Positions 44,114-54,784 of a stretch of DNA of 64,000 bases are shown here, piece by piece. Made by a program: the position numbers and the translations under genes. Below the pieces are notes generated by a model. The model saw only the letters and a list, made by a program, of their open reading frames with translations. It was not told where the DNA came from and searched no databases. This stretch comes from an uncultured Microthrixaceae bacterium (lineage in GTDB: Bacteria > Actinomycetota > Acidimicrobiia > Acidimicrobiales > VFJN01): NCBI GenBank assembly GCA_963717755.1, contig CAVQWY010000002.1, positions 826,013-890,012 of the forward strand. The letters run 5' to 3'. Position 1 is the first letter of the stretch, and every line of letters begins with the position of its first letter.

Positions 44114-44991
44114 CGGGCCTGCTGCTCGCCATCCTGGCGGGCGCGGGCGCCTACCTGATCTTCACCGACGTGGCGCTGGGATGGCGGGGTGTGCGGATCC
44201 CCGTGGTGGTGCAGAGCGGACGAGGTCGGTCGCACCGCCGCGACTGGCTCGTGCAGGCAGGGTTGGCCGACATACCCGTGCGTGAGCTCATCGCAGTCAT
44301 CGCGGCGCTGGCCCTCCTCGGAGGTGTCTCGGCCTACGCCGTGTTCGGCGGTCCGCTCCCGGCGGTCGCCACCGGCTTGTTCGCGGGATCGTTCCCGCTG
44401 GCCTCGTACCGGCTGCGCCGAGCGGCGCGGCGGTCGGCCGCGATGGATGCGTGGCCGCGCCTCCTCGAGGAGCTTCGGATACTCACGTCGTCGTTGGGGC
44501 GGTCGATCCCGCAGGCGCTCTTCGAGGTCGGTCGCCGTGCGCCCGACGAGCTGCGGCCAGCCTTCCTGGCCGCACAGCGAGAGTGGCTGCTGTCGACGGA
44601 CTTCGCTCGCACGCTCCAGGTGCTGAAGGCGCAGCTCGCCGACCCGACCGCGGACGCGGTGTGCGAGACGTTGCTCGTGGCTCACGAGGTGGGAGGGACC
44701 GACCTCGACCGTCGGCTCGAAGCGCTGATCGATGACCGCGTGCAGGACACCCAGGGCCGGAAGGACGCGCGTGCCAAGCAGGCGGGGGCGCGGTTCGCTC
44801 GCCGCTTCGTCCTCATCGTGCCGGCGGGGATGGCTCTCGCAGGGATGTCCGTGGGCACCGGCCGGGCCGCCTACCAGACCTCGTCGGGACAGGTCCTCGT
44901 GGTCGTGGCCATCGGGCTGGTCATCGTCTGCTGGGTGTGGGCCGGCCGGATCATGCGGCTCCCGGAGGAGGAGCGGGTGTTCGATGCCTAG
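44110..44991 (+). CDS. tadB: TadB-like (T2SS F family) pilus platform protein
   Basis: TM pairs flanking AWPRLLEEL...GRSIPQAL...EVGG; follows tadA. Confidence 0.8.
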   Translation: MTGLLLAILAGAGAYLIFTDVALGWRGVRIPVVVQSGRGRSHRRDWLVQAGLADIPVRELIAVIAALALLGGVSAYAVFGGPLPAVATGLFAGSFPLASYRLRRAARRSAAMDAWPRLLEELRILTSSLGRSIPQALFEVGRRAPDELRPAFLAAQREWLLSTDFARTLQVLKAQLADPTADAVCETLLVAHEVGGTDLDRRLEALIDDRVQDTQGRKDARAKQAGARFARRFVLIVPAGMALAGMSVGTGRAAYQTSSGQVLVVVAIGLVIVCWVWAGRIMRLPEEERVFDA

Positions 44992-45895
44992 GTTGCTCGC
45001 CGCCTCGAGCGTGGTGCTGTTCGTGGGGGCGACGCTCGTGCTGTCCGAGCTCCGGTGGTTCAACCGACAACCTCTGGTCGACCGTCTCCGGCCCTACAGC
45101 CCGGGTGGCATGCGACGAACGCCGTCCCCCGGAGGGGTCCTGTCTGTCGCCTCCTTCCGAGAGGTGGTGGGGCCGCTCGCACGACGGGTGGGCGAGCGGG
45201 CGGCGTCGTTGCTCGGTGTGAGCGAGGAGCTGAGCGTCCGTCTCCTCCGCGTCCACTCGGCCATGGACGCCACCGCGTTCCGCGTGCGGCAGCTCGGTTG
45301 GGCTGCCGCTGGCCTCGCCGTGGGTGCCCTGTTGGCGGCCGCCGTGCAACCACCCCTGGCCGCGGCCCTGCTGTTCGTGCTGGGCGCGCCGCTCCTCGCG
45401 TTCCTCGTCGTCGAGCAGCAGCTGGCCTCCGCCTCCGAACGGCGGAAGCGGCGCATCTTCCTCGAGCTACCGGTCCTCAGCGAACAGCTCGGCATGCTGA
45501 TCGGTGCCGGCTACTCGCTCGGCTCCGCCTTGAACCGCCTCGCGGCCCGCGGCGTCGGCGCGTGCGCAGAGGATCTGGCGGGCGTGTGCGGCCGCATCCG
45601 GCAAGGGCTCACCGAGGTGGAGGCGCTGCGGGAGTGGGCGGCGGTGGCAGATGTCGATGCGCTCACGAGGCTGGTCGCGGTCCTGGCGTTGAACCGCGAG
45701 GCGGGAGACCTGGGCCGGCTCGTCGCGGACGAGGCTCGGGCGATCCGACGGGAGGTCCAGCGAGGGCTCATCGAGCAGATCGAACGGCGGGCGCAACAGG
45801 TCTGGATCCCGGTCACGGTCGCCACGCTCGTCCCAGGCGCCGTCTTGCTCGCCGTTCCGTTCATCGAGGCGCTCCGCCTCTTCTCCACCACCTGA
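44984..45895 (+). CDS. tadC: TadC-like (T2SS F family) pilus platform protein
   Basis: LELPVLSEQL...AGYSL, C-terminal WIPV TM. Confidence 0.8.
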   Translation: MPRLLAASSVVLFVGATLVLSELRWFNRQPLVDRLRPYSPGGMRRTPSPGGVLSVASFREVVGPLARRVGERAASLLGVSEELSVRLLRVHSAMDATAFRVRQLGWAAAGLAVGALLAAAVQPPLAAALLFVLGAPLLAFLVVEQQLASASERRKRRIFLELPVLSEQLGMLIGAGYSLGSALNRLAARGVGACAEDLAGVCGRIRQGLTEVEALREWAAVADVDALTRLVAVLALNREAGDLGRLVADEARAIRREVQRGLIEQIERRAQQVWIPVTVATLVPGAVLLAVPFIEALRLFSTT

Positions 45896-45931
45896 TCGCT
45901 GCTCGGCGCAGCGATCGGAAAGGAAGCTCCC

Positions 45932-46150
45932 ATGTTGCACGCAGTGAGGAGTAGCTACGCACGGTTCGCCGGTTGGTGGACGATGCCGCCCGAGCGAGTC
46001 CGTGGAGATCGAGGCGAAGGAGTGATCTCGGCCGCCATCGCCGTCCTGATCATGGCGGGCCTCGGCGCCCTGATGTGGGTGGGGTTCAAGGCGATCTGGG
46101 AGGACACCGAGGACAACACGCGGGACAAGGTGACCGAGATCGGCGAGTGA
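45932..46150 (+). CDS. Flp-like major pilin
   Basis: 72 aa; DRG|EGVISAAIAVLIMAGLGALMW prepilin-like cleavage site plus hydrophobic helix; RBS AAGGA. Confidence 0.72.
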   Translation: MLHAVRSSYARFAGWWTMPPERVRGDRGEGVISAAIAVLIMAGLGALMWVGFKAIWEDTEDNTRDKVTEIGE

Positions 46151-46151
46151 G

Positions 46152-46565
46152 GTGACGGGCGTGCCCACGCCGCGCGATCGGGGGGCGGGACTGCTCTCCA
46201 CCATCGCGGGGGTGGTCGTGTTCCTGGTCTTCCTGTTGTTCGCGGTCCAGCTGCTGTTCGCGCTCTATGCGTCGTCGACCGTGAACGCGGTCGCGAACGA
46301 CGCGGCAGTGCGAGCGGCCAGCGCCGGCGCGCCACCGCTGTCGGAGATCGAAGCGGAAGCGCGGCGGAACCTCGGCGAGGTGGGTTCGTCGGCGTCGTTC
46401 ACGTGGTCGCTCGACGACTCGGATCGCGACGGGGAGGACGACACCGTCGTCTTGGAGGTGGTGGCGGAGCCACCGAGGTTCATCCCCCGGTCGATCGGTG
46501 GAGCGATCGGTCTGGACGAGATCCGTCGCACGGCCCGAGTGCGAGGCGAACGGGTGCAGACGTGA
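46152..46565 (+). CDS. TadE-like minor pilin
   Basis: RDRG|AGLLSTIAGVVVFL...VANDAAVRAA. Confidence 0.68.
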   Translation: MTGVPTPRDRGAGLLSTIAGVVVFLVFLLFAVQLLFALYASSTVNAVANDAAVRAASAGAPPLSEIEAEARRNLGEVGSSASFTWSLDDSDRDGEDDTVVLEVVAEPPRFIPRSIGGAIGLDEIRRTARVRGERVQT

Positions 46566-47023
46566 GCCACCCGCGCGGCCGGGGCGATGCCGGCCAGGTA
46601 GGAGGCATCGAGGCGCTGCCGTTCGGGCTGCTCATCTTCGTGGTGGGCTCGCTGCTCATCACGAACGCGTGGGCCGTGGTGGACGCCAAGTTCGCCACGG
46701 ATGCCGCCGCCCGCCAGGCCGTGCGGACCTTCGTCGAAGCGGACGACGCGGACACCGCTGAGGCGGAGGCGCGTGAGGCCGGGTTGGCATCCATCGACGC
46801 GCACGGACGAGACCCCGCACGAGCGATCGTGCGCCCGGTCGGGGACGCGTCGCTCGTCCGGTGCGAGCGGGTGACCTTCGAGGCCGTCTATGAGGTGCCG
46901 GCCTTGTCGCTGCCGTTCATCGGCGGCTACGGCGACGCCCCGTTCCGCGTGCGGTCCGCCCACAGCGAGGTCGTCGACCCCTTCCGCAGTGGCGTGGCTG
47001 GTGAGGCCGAGGCCTGCTTGTGA
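46562..47023 (+). CDS. TadE-like minor pilin
   Basis: GDAG|QVGGIEALPFGLLIFVVG...AAARQAVR. Confidence 0.68.
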   Translation: MSHPRGRGDAGQVGGIEALPFGLLIFVVGSLLITNAWAVVDAKFATDAAARQAVRTFVEADDADTAEAEAREAGLASIDAHGRDPARAIVRPVGDASLVRCERVTFEAVYEVPALSLPFIGGYGDAPFRVRSAHSEVVDPFRSGVAGEAEACL

Positions 47024-47451
47024 CCCCGCCGCGGGGTGGCGATCGGGCGAGCGTCCTGATGCTGATGCCGGCTGGGGTGCTGGTGGTGCTCCTGCTGGGG
47101 GCGATCGCCTTCGACCTGTCGCTGGTGTTCTTGCGCCAGCGTGAGGCGAGCTCGGTGGCCGTCGACGTCGCCAACGACCTCGCGTCCGCCGCCCTCGACG
47201 AGGCGGCGTTCCGTGCCGACGGCATCTTCCGGCTCGACCCGGACCGAGCGGACGATCTCGGGCGGTCTCTGGTGGCGGCGAGCGACCTCGGTCCGGAGGT
47301 CCTCGAGGTGGAGGTGTCGGTCATCGGTCTCGACACCGTCGAGGTGCAGGTCGTCGCGCGGGTCGACTACGTCTTCGCCAAGGCGATCCCCGGGGCGTCG
47401 GACGGCACCACGGTCACCGCCACGGCCACCGCGGTCGCGACCCCCGCCTGA
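47020..47451 (+). CDS. TadG/Tad-domain minor pilin
   Basis: GDRA|SVLMLMPAGVLVVLLLGAIAFD, C-terminal TVTATATA. Confidence 0.65.
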   Translation: MTPPRGGDRASVLMLMPAGVLVVLLLGAIAFDLSLVFLRQREASSVAVDVANDLASAALDEAAFRADGIFRLDPDRADDLGRSLVAASDLGPEVLEVEVSVIGLDTVEVQVVARVDYVFAKAIPGASDGTTVTATATAVATPA

Positions 47452-47480
47452 CTCGCCGCGGCCGCTGGCATGCTGCTCGG

Positions 47481-48282
47481 GTGCCCGAGCTGCCCGAGGT
47501 CGAGACCGTGCGCCGCCAGCTCGAGCCGGTGGTGGTGGGGCGGCGGATCACCGAGGGGTGGGGGCACCCGTCGGCCAAGTTCTCGTCGGCGCCGTTCGCA
47601 GCCGGCGCCACCATCGGGTCGGCGGGCCGCCGCGGCAAGTACCTGCTGCTCGGGCTCGACGACGAACGAGAGCTGATCGTCCACCTCGGCATGACCGGGC
47701 AGCTGCGGCTCCGGCCGGGCGAGCTCGACCCGTATGTGCGGGCCTGGTGGGCGCTCGACGACGGCCGCGTGCTCGAGCTGCGCGACGTGCGCCGCTTCGG
47801 TCGCATCGGTGTCGTCCCGGTGGGGGAGTACGCCTCGCTGCCCACCCTCGCCACCCAGGGGCCCGAGCCGTGGGACCCCGTCCTCGACGATGGCGGGCTG
47901 TGGCGCAACCTGAAGCGCAGCCACGTGCGCATCAAGACGCAGCTGCTCTCGCAGCGCCCCCTCGCCGGTGTCGGCAACATCTACGCCGACGAGGCCCTCT
48001 GGCGGTCGGGTGTCCACCCCGCTCGGCGCACGATCACCCGGCGGGAGGCCGATGCGCTGCTCATCGAGCTGCGGAACGTCCTCGAGCAGGGCATCGCCAA
48101 CGGCGGCACCACACTGCGTGACTACCGCAACGTCGACGACGAGCCCGGCCGCAACCAGCTCGAGCTCGGCTGCTACGGGCGAGCCGGCGAGCCGTGCGGC
48201 CGCTGCGGCACCGAGCTCACGCGCAGCGTGATCGACGCCGCGCGGCACCACCCACTGCCCCACCTGCCAGCCCCGCCGCTGA
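47481..48282 (+). CDS. mutM: Formamidopyrimidine-DNA glycosylase; frameshift near 48240
   Basis: PELPEVET, RRGKYL, HLGMTG, AGVGNIYADE; zinc finger CGRC...CPTCQ, last part in the next frame. Confidence 0.93.
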
Positions 48283-48286
48283 ACCT

Positions 48287-48343
48287 CCAACGTCTGTGGT
48301 CGATTTCGTCCGCTATGCGAGCGAAATCGACCACAGACGTTGG
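48287..48343. repeat. Perfect 22-bp inverted repeat (long hairpin)
   Basis: CCAACGTCTGTGGTCGATTTCG-N13-CGAAATCGACCACAGACGTTGG. Confidence 0.85.
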
Positions 48344-48461
48344 TGAAGGTGTGATGGGACGGCTCGATCTGCTGCATCGGCCGAGCTCTCCGGGTTCGGG
48401 ACCGGCGCCGCCGCCTGTTTCCGCTGTTGCAGGTGGGGCTACTGGTACGGTTGTGGGCACT

Positions 48462-50850
48462 GTGGCTACGACCCAACGTCCCCGCAGCGGGGGGACCAAG
48501 CGCGCGCCAGCGAAGCGGAAGGCCGCACCGCCGCCGCCGACCTTCGTCGACCGGCTGGTCCGCGGGCTGGCCTCGGCCCTCGGTGGTCACGCCGCCGACC
48601 TCGCGGGCCTCCTGTGCATCTCGGTCGGTCTCGTGTCGGGCATGGGCGTGTACGCCGACGCGGCGGGTCCCGTGGGCCGCGGCCTCGACACGGGGATCGG
48701 CACGATCGTCGGGTGGGGCCGCCTGCTCGTGCCCGTCGCCCTCCTGGCCAGCGGCGTCCTGCTGGTGCGGGGTGCGCCGGAGCCGGAGGACGGCGACCCC
48801 GAACCCGCGCCGCGCTCCTACCTGTGGGTCGGCGGCCTGATGGTCGCCATCGCCGGCTGCGGGCTCCTGCACCTCACCGGCGGCACGGCCCGGCCTCGAC
48901 GCCCCCACCGACGACCTCGTCGGCGCGGGTGGCCTGCTGGGCGTGGCCGCCGCCGGCCCGCTCGCCTCAGGCCTCGCGCCGTGGGGCGCCGGGCTCATCC
49001 TCGGCACCGTCGCCCTGGCTGGCCTGGTCGTGCTCACCCGCGTGCCCGTGCGCGTCGCGGCGGAGAGCACTGCGGACGGCCTGCGACCGGCCGGCGCCGC
49101 CATCGCCGACACCGTGCGGCGGCTGACGGGCAACCTCTTCTCGCTCGGTGGCGCGGCGGACGACCGCGCCTCTGGGCCAAGCCTGTTCGACCAGGACGCC
49201 GACAGCGACGTCGACCGAATCGATCTCGATGATCCCGACGCCGCCCCTCGTCGCAAGCCGGGGCCGCGCAAGCCCAAGGTCCTCGTCCCCGAGCCCGACG
49301 AGCCGGTGGAGGCCACGCAGCTCGAGATCGAGCTCGGACCCGCCGTCAAGGGCTCGCCCTGGAAGCTGCCGCCGCCGTCGATCCTCCACACCACCAGCAC
49401 CCAAGAGGTCGACAAGGCCGCCACCCTCGCCGCCGGTCACGTGCTCGAAGGCGCGCTGGCCCAGCACGGGGTCGAGACGAAGCTCGTCGGCATGGTGGTC
49501 GGTCCGTCGGTCACCCGCTTCGAGCTCGAGCTCGGGCCCGGGGTGAAGGTGGCCCGCGTCACCAGCCTCCACAAGGACATCGCCTACGCGATGGCGTCGC
49601 CCGACGTCCGGATCCTCGCGCCGATCCCCGGGCGCCAGGCGATCGGCATCGAGGTGCCGAACACCGACCGCCAGATCGTGGCCCTCGGCGACATCCTCCT
49701 GTCGGCCGAGGCCCGGCGCGCCAGCCACCCGCTCGAAGTGGCGGTGGGGCGCGACATCAACGGCAAGGCCGTGATGATGAACCTCGCCACCATGCCCCAC
49801 CTCCTCATCGCCGGCGCCACCGGTGCGGGCAAGTCGAGCTGCCTCAACTCGATCATCACGTCGATCATCATGCGGTCGACGCCCGACCAGGTGCGGATGA
49901 TCCTCGTCGACCCGAAGCGGGTCGAGATGGGCCAGTACGACCGCCTGCCCCACCTGCTCACCCAGGTCGTCACCAACCCGAAGAAGGCCGCCAACGCGCT
50001 GGCCTGGGCCGTGCGCGAGATGGAGCGGCGCTACGACCTGCTGGCCGAGGTCGGCTTCCGCGACATCACCGGCTACAACGCCGCCCACGACCGCGGCGAC
50101 CTGCCCGACGAGGTGTCACCCAGCGGCGAGGTCACCCGCTCGTTCCCGCGGCTGCCCTTCATCCTCATCGTGATCGACGAGCTGTCCGACCTGATGATGG
50201 TCGCGGCCCGTGACGTGGAGGACTCGATCTGCCGCATCGCCCAGATGGCGCGGGCGGTCGGCATCCACCTCGTGATCGCCACGCAGCGCCCGTCGGTGAA
50301 CGTCATCACCGGCGTCATCAAGGCCAACGTGCCGGCCCGGCTCGCCTTCGCGGTGTCCAGCGCCACCGACAGCCGCGTGATCCTCGACCAGCAGGGTGCC
50401 GAGCGGCTCATCGGGGCCGGCGACATGCTGCTGCTCGGTCCCGCCTCGTCCGCCCCCACCCGCATCCAGGGGTCGTGGGTCACGGAGGAGGAGGTCCGCA
50501 AGGTCGCCTCCGTGTGGAAGCGCCAGGCCCCCGAGATCACCTACGACAGCGAGGTGCAGGGCGCCGAGGACGGCGGGCACTCTGCGATGGGCATGGGCAG
50601 CGGAGGCGGCGGCACCGACGGCGACGACGAGGACCTCACCCGCCAGGCCATGGAGCTGATCGTGCGCTCGCAGCTCGGCTCCACCTCGATGCTCCAGCGC
50701 AAGCTCAAGGTCGGCTTCGCCCGCGCCGGACGGCTCATGGACCTGCTCGAGCAGCGCGGCGTGGTCGGCCCGTCCGAAGGCTCCAAGGCCCGCGCCGTGC
50801 TCATGTCGGTCGAAGAGCTCGAGAACGCGATGGAGCAGGGCGAGGTCTAG
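48462..50850 (+). CDS. ftsK: DNA translocase FtsK; frameshift near 48885
   Basis: N-terminal TMs, GPSVTRFE, PHLLIAGATGAGKS, IDELSDLMM, ATQRPSV, gamma domain STSMLQRKLKVGFARAGR. Confidence 0.93.
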
Positions 50851-50864
50851 AGGGGGCTGAACCC

Positions 50865-51593
50865 TTACTGGATCGTCTTCACGAAGGTGCCGTCGAGCGT
50901 GTACTGCACGTAGCCGCCACCGCTCCGACCGTCGGTGGGCGACGCGTACACCCGGATCAGCACCCGCCGGTCGAACGGCAAGAACCGGTTGATGATGATG
51001 TGGGTCACGGACACATCGAGGTCGAACCGCGACGGCGCGTCGCCGGTGAGCTGCGCGATCACGCTCAGGTCGAGCTCGCTGAGCGGCCAGAGGCTGGGCT
51101 CGGTGTCGGCGTTCACCCGATCGTCGATCGGGTTCGGGTCGGCGTCACCGACCTCGCCGGCCCGCCACATGCGCCGGTCGATGTTGCCCGCGTTGTCGGG
51201 ATCGCGGTAGGCGAGGAAGGCGTACTCGGGGTACAGGCTCACCTCCATGGCCTGTGTCGGGTTGCCGGCCGCGTCCGAGAGGTCGGCTAGGACCTCGGGG
51301 GCGCCGCTGGTGAACAGGTCGACCGGCTCGTCGGGCGGCTCAGCGGCGGCGGTGGTGGTCGACTGCTCCGACGGCTCGCCCTCGGCCCCCTCGACGGTGG
51401 TGGTGGAGCCCTTGTCCTTCACCTTCGTGGTGGTCGTGGTGGCGCTGGCGTCCACCCCGCTGTCGTCGTCGCCGCTCGGCCACAGGAGCACGATGCCAAC
51501 CACGAGGGCGAGCGTCGCGAGGATGCCGCCGGCGAAGAGCAGCATCGTGCTGGAGCGGGAGTCGTTGGAGCTGATCGCGGGGGGTCCACCCAT
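50865..51593 (-). CDS. Single-pass membrane protein with Thr/Glu-rich linker and extracellular domain, function unknown
   Basis: TM LLFAGGILATLALVVGIVLLW, low-complexity linker, globular C-terminus; TAGTCT 8 nt before ATG. Confidence 0.7.
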   Translation of the reverse strand: MGGPPAISSNDSRSSTMLLFAGGILATLALVVGIVLLWPSGDDDSGVDASATTTTTKVKDKGSTTTVEGAEGEPSEQSTTTAAAEPPDEPVDLFTSGAPEVLADLSDAAGNPTQAMEVSLYPEYAFLAYRDPDNAGNIDRRMWRAGEVGDADPNPIDDRVNADTEPSLWPLSELDLSVIAQLTGDAPSRFDLDVSVTHIIINRFLPFDRRVLIRVYASPTDGRSGGGYVQYTLDGTFVKTIQ

Positions 51594-51644
51594 GGCGCCA
51601 GAGACTAGAGGCAGCGGACCGTCGGTCCCGGTACGGTCCGACTC

Positions 51645-53081
51645 GTGTTCGACCTCGCCACCGCCGCCGTCGAAGCGGCCCTCGCGGCGGGAGCCCGCTA
51701 CGCGGACGCTCGCATCATGATCGTGCGCTACGAGTCGATGAGCGCCAAGAACCGCGTGATGGAGGGCCTCACCCAGACCGAGACCGCCGGCATCGGCGTG
51801 CGGGCGCTGATCGGCTCGTCGTGGGGGTTCCAGGCCACGCCGGAGCTCACCGACGCGGCGGCGCGGCGCGCGGGGGAGCGGGCCGCCGAGGTGGCTCGGG
51901 CCAGCGCCCGCGTCACCGGCGCACCGGTGGACCTCGCCCCCGCGCCGGTGGTCGAGGCGAGCTGGGCCAACCCGTACGACGTGCACCCGCTCGACGACGT
52001 GAGCATCGGCGAGCGCGCGGACCTGCTCGTGGAGATCACCGGCACCATCGCCGACGCGGGCATCCCGCTGGCCCAGGCCAGCCACCAGATCTGGGACACC
52101 GAGAAGTGGTTCGCGTCGAGCGAGGGCAGCCGGATCGACCAGCACATCGTCGAGTGCGGGGCGGTCATGGACGCCACCGCCATCGGTGACGGCGAGACGC
52201 AGCGGCGCAGCTACCCGGGGGTGCGCGGCCAGTACGGCACCCGCGGCTGGGAGCTCGTGCGGGAGTGCGACTTCATCGGCAACGCCCCCCGCATCGCCGA
52301 GGAGGCCCAGGCGCTCCTGGCGGCGCCGCAGTGCCCGGAGGCGACGACGACGCTGATCCTCGGCAGCGAGCAGATGGCGCTGCAGATCCACGAGTCGGTC
52401 GGGCACGCCATCGAGCTCGACCGCATCCTCGGGTGGGAGGCCGCCTTCGCCGGCACCTCGTGGCTGGACCCCGCCCAGCTCGGATCGATGCGCTACGGCT
52501 CCGACCTCATGAACATCACTGCCGACGCCACGCTGCCCGGGGCGCTCGGCAGCTTCGGCTACGACGACGAGGGGGTCCCGGCCCAGGCCGTCGACATCGT
52601 CAAGGACGGCACGTGGGTCGGCGTGCTGTCCGGACGAGACTCCGCGCCGCTCGTCGGGCTCACGTCCGGCGGCATGGTGCGCGCCGACGGCGCCGCGCGG
52701 CTCCCGATGGTCCGCATGACCAACGTCGGCCTGCTCCCCGGTGACAGCAGCCTCGACGAGATGATCGCGGCCACCGACGACGGCATCTACATGGACACGA
52801 ACCGCTCGTGGTCCATCGACGACAAGCGCCTCAACTTCCAGTTCGGGTGCGAGATCGCCTGGGAGGTGAAGGACGGGCAGCTCGGCCGGATGCTCCGCAA
52901 CCCCACCTACACGGGCATCGGTCCGCGGTTCTGGGCCTCGATGGACATGGTCGGTGGCCAGGACGAGTGGGTGTTCTGGGGCACCGCGAACTGCGGCAAG
53001 GGCCAGCCGATCCAGGTCGGCCACACGGGCCACCCGTCCGTGCCCGCCCGGTTCGCCAACGTGCGGGTGGGGGTCCGCTGA
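51645..53081 (+). CDS. tldD: TldD metalloprotease subunit
   Basis: HESVGHAIE, YDDEG, RMTN, NCGKGQP. Confidence 0.92.
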   Translation: MFDLATAAVEAALAAGARYADARIMIVRYESMSAKNRVMEGLTQTETAGIGVRALIGSSWGFQATPELTDAAARRAGERAAEVARASARVTGAPVDLAPAPVVEASWANPYDVHPLDDVSIGERADLLVEITGTIADAGIPLAQASHQIWDTEKWFASSEGSRIDQHIVECGAVMDATAIGDGETQRRSYPGVRGQYGTRGWELVRECDFIGNAPRIAEEAQALLAAPQCPEATTTLILGSEQMALQIHESVGHAIELDRILGWEAAFAGTSWLDPAQLGSMRYGSDLMNITADATLPGALGSFGYDDEGVPAQAVDIVKDGTWVGVLSGRDSAPLVGLTSGGMVRADGAARLPMVRMTNVGLLPGDSSLDEMIAATDDGIYMDTNRSWSIDDKRLNFQFGCEIAWEVKDGQLGRMLRNPTYTGIGPRFWASMDMVGGQDEWVFWGTANCGKGQPIQVGHTGHPSVPARFANVRVGVR

Positions 53082-54451
53082 TGGCCTGGGACCCCACCTC
53101 CGACCCGATCGCCCAGCGCGGGTTCGCCACCTGCGACCGCGTGCTGGAGCTGGTCCACGACCGCGCCGATGCGTTGGTCACCTGCGGGCAGGGCGCGAAC
53201 ACGCTCACGCGCTTCGCCAACAGTCGCATCCACCAGAACATGGCCAGCGACGACGACCACGTGCGCCTGCGCGTCGTCGTCGACGGCGGGCGGATCGCCC
53301 AGGCCTCCACGACGCGCGTCGATGCCGACGGTCTCGAACGACTGGTCGAGAGCACGATCGCCGCCGCTCACCTGTGCCCACCCGACCCCGAGTACCCCGG
53401 CCTGGCCGAGCCGGCCGCCGTCGCGGACGTCGACCACTTCGATCCGGCCACGGCGGCGGCGTCGCCCGACGCGCGGGCCGAGGTGGTGGCCGACTTCGTC
53501 GGCGCCGGCCCGGACCTCGAGGCGGCGGGCTACTGCTCGACCGATGCCGACACCCACGTGATGTGCTCCACCAGCGGCATCCGCTACGCCAGCCAGACGA
53601 CGATGGCCCAGCTCGACGGCATCCATCGGGCGGCGGCGCTCGAGGGGCCACCCACCGACGGCTACGGCCAGATCACGTCGAAGCGCCTGGCCGACCTCGA
53701 CGGGCGCCGCATCGGGGACATCGCGGCTGCCAAGGCCACCCGCGGCGCCAACCCGGTCGAGCTCGAGCCCGGCACCTACGAGGTGGTGCTCGAGGCGAGG
53801 GCGGTGGCCGGCATGCTGCTGTTCCCGGCCTGGCTCGGGTTCAACGGCAAGGCGTACGCGGAGGGCACCAGCTTCGTCCACCTCGGCGAGGCGCAGTTCG
53901 ACGAGCGGATCACGCTGTGGGACGACGGCACGGACACTCGGTCGCTCGGTCGTCCGTACGACGCCGAGGGCACCCCGAAGCACCGGGTCGACCTCGTCAC
54001 CGCGGGTGTCACCGTCGGCCTCGCCCACGATCGGCGCAGCGCAGCGCTCGCTGGGGTCGAGCCGTCCGGGAACTCGATCGGCCAGGAGTCGTTCGGGGGC
54101 TACCCGGGCGACCTGTTCCTGGATGCCGGCGACGAGACCCTCGAGCAGCTGATCGCGGGGGTCGAACGGGGACTCCTCGTCACCGACTTCTGGTACAACC
54201 GCATCCTCGACCCCAAGACCCAGGTGGTGACGGGCCTCACCCGCAATGGCCTGTTCCTCATCGAGGGCGGCGAGATCAGCACGCCGGTCCAGAACTTCCG
54301 CTACACCCAGTCGGTCGTCGGGGCGCTCGCCCCGGGGCACGTGCTCGGCATCGGCAACGACGCCCAGCTGGTGGGCAACGAAGGCGGCATCGTCCACGTC
54401 CCGAGCCTCCGCCTCCGCTCCTGGGCCTTCACCGGAGGCGCGCAGGGCTAG
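53081..54451 (+). CDS. TldE/PmbA subunit
   Basis: TRFANSRIHQN, EPGTYEVVLE, YDAEG, TGLTRNG; TGATG coupling to tldD. Confidence 0.88.
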   Translation: MAWDPTSDPIAQRGFATCDRVLELVHDRADALVTCGQGANTLTRFANSRIHQNMASDDDHVRLRVVVDGGRIAQASTTRVDADGLERLVESTIAAAHLCPPDPEYPGLAEPAAVADVDHFDPATAAASPDARAEVVADFVGAGPDLEAAGYCSTDADTHVMCSTSGIRYASQTTMAQLDGIHRAAALEGPPTDGYGQITSKRLADLDGRRIGDIAAAKATRGANPVELEPGTYEVVLEARAVAGMLLFPAWLGFNGKAYAEGTSFVHLGEAQFDERITLWDDGTDTRSLGRPYDAEGTPKHRVDLVTAGVTVGLAHDRRSAALAGVEPSGNSIGQESFGGYPGDLFLDAGDETLEQLIAGVERGLLVTDFWYNRILDPKTQVVTGLTRNGLFLIEGGEISTPVQNFRYTQSVVGALAPGHVLGIGNDAQLVGNEGGIVHVPSLRLRSWAFTGGAQG

Positions 54452-54784
54452 TCAGCTCCGCCTCGCCACGGCCATCTTCGGCCATCACGCGCACGTCGTG
54501 ACATCGCGCACCAGCCAACAGCCGCCACAGTTCGTCTGCGTGAACGCTCGAAGGGTCACCCCGTCCGCGATGAAGTACGCGCCCCCCTGATCGGCGTCTA
54601 CGGCGTCCGTAGCGTCATGGGCACCGGCACCGACATCGCCCGATCAGGGCCGTCTCGGATCGGCAGGTAGGGACACGAGGCTACGTCCCGTTGGGGTGCG
54701 CCACCGCCTGACGAATGTCGTTCTCGGGCGATCCGTGGCGATGTGGGTGCCACAGTTCGCCCCAGGACGATCAGCCCTCAGCCG

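Noticed and set aside
47481-49232. Apparent MutM-FtsK N-terminal fusion (583 aa ORF)
   Set aside because: An indel near 48240 skips the mutM stop at 48282; the zinc finger finishes in another frame and ftsK has its own start
51330-51470. GGT/GTC-rich repeats as a tandem array
   Set aside because: They encode the Thr/Asp-rich linker of a membrane protein
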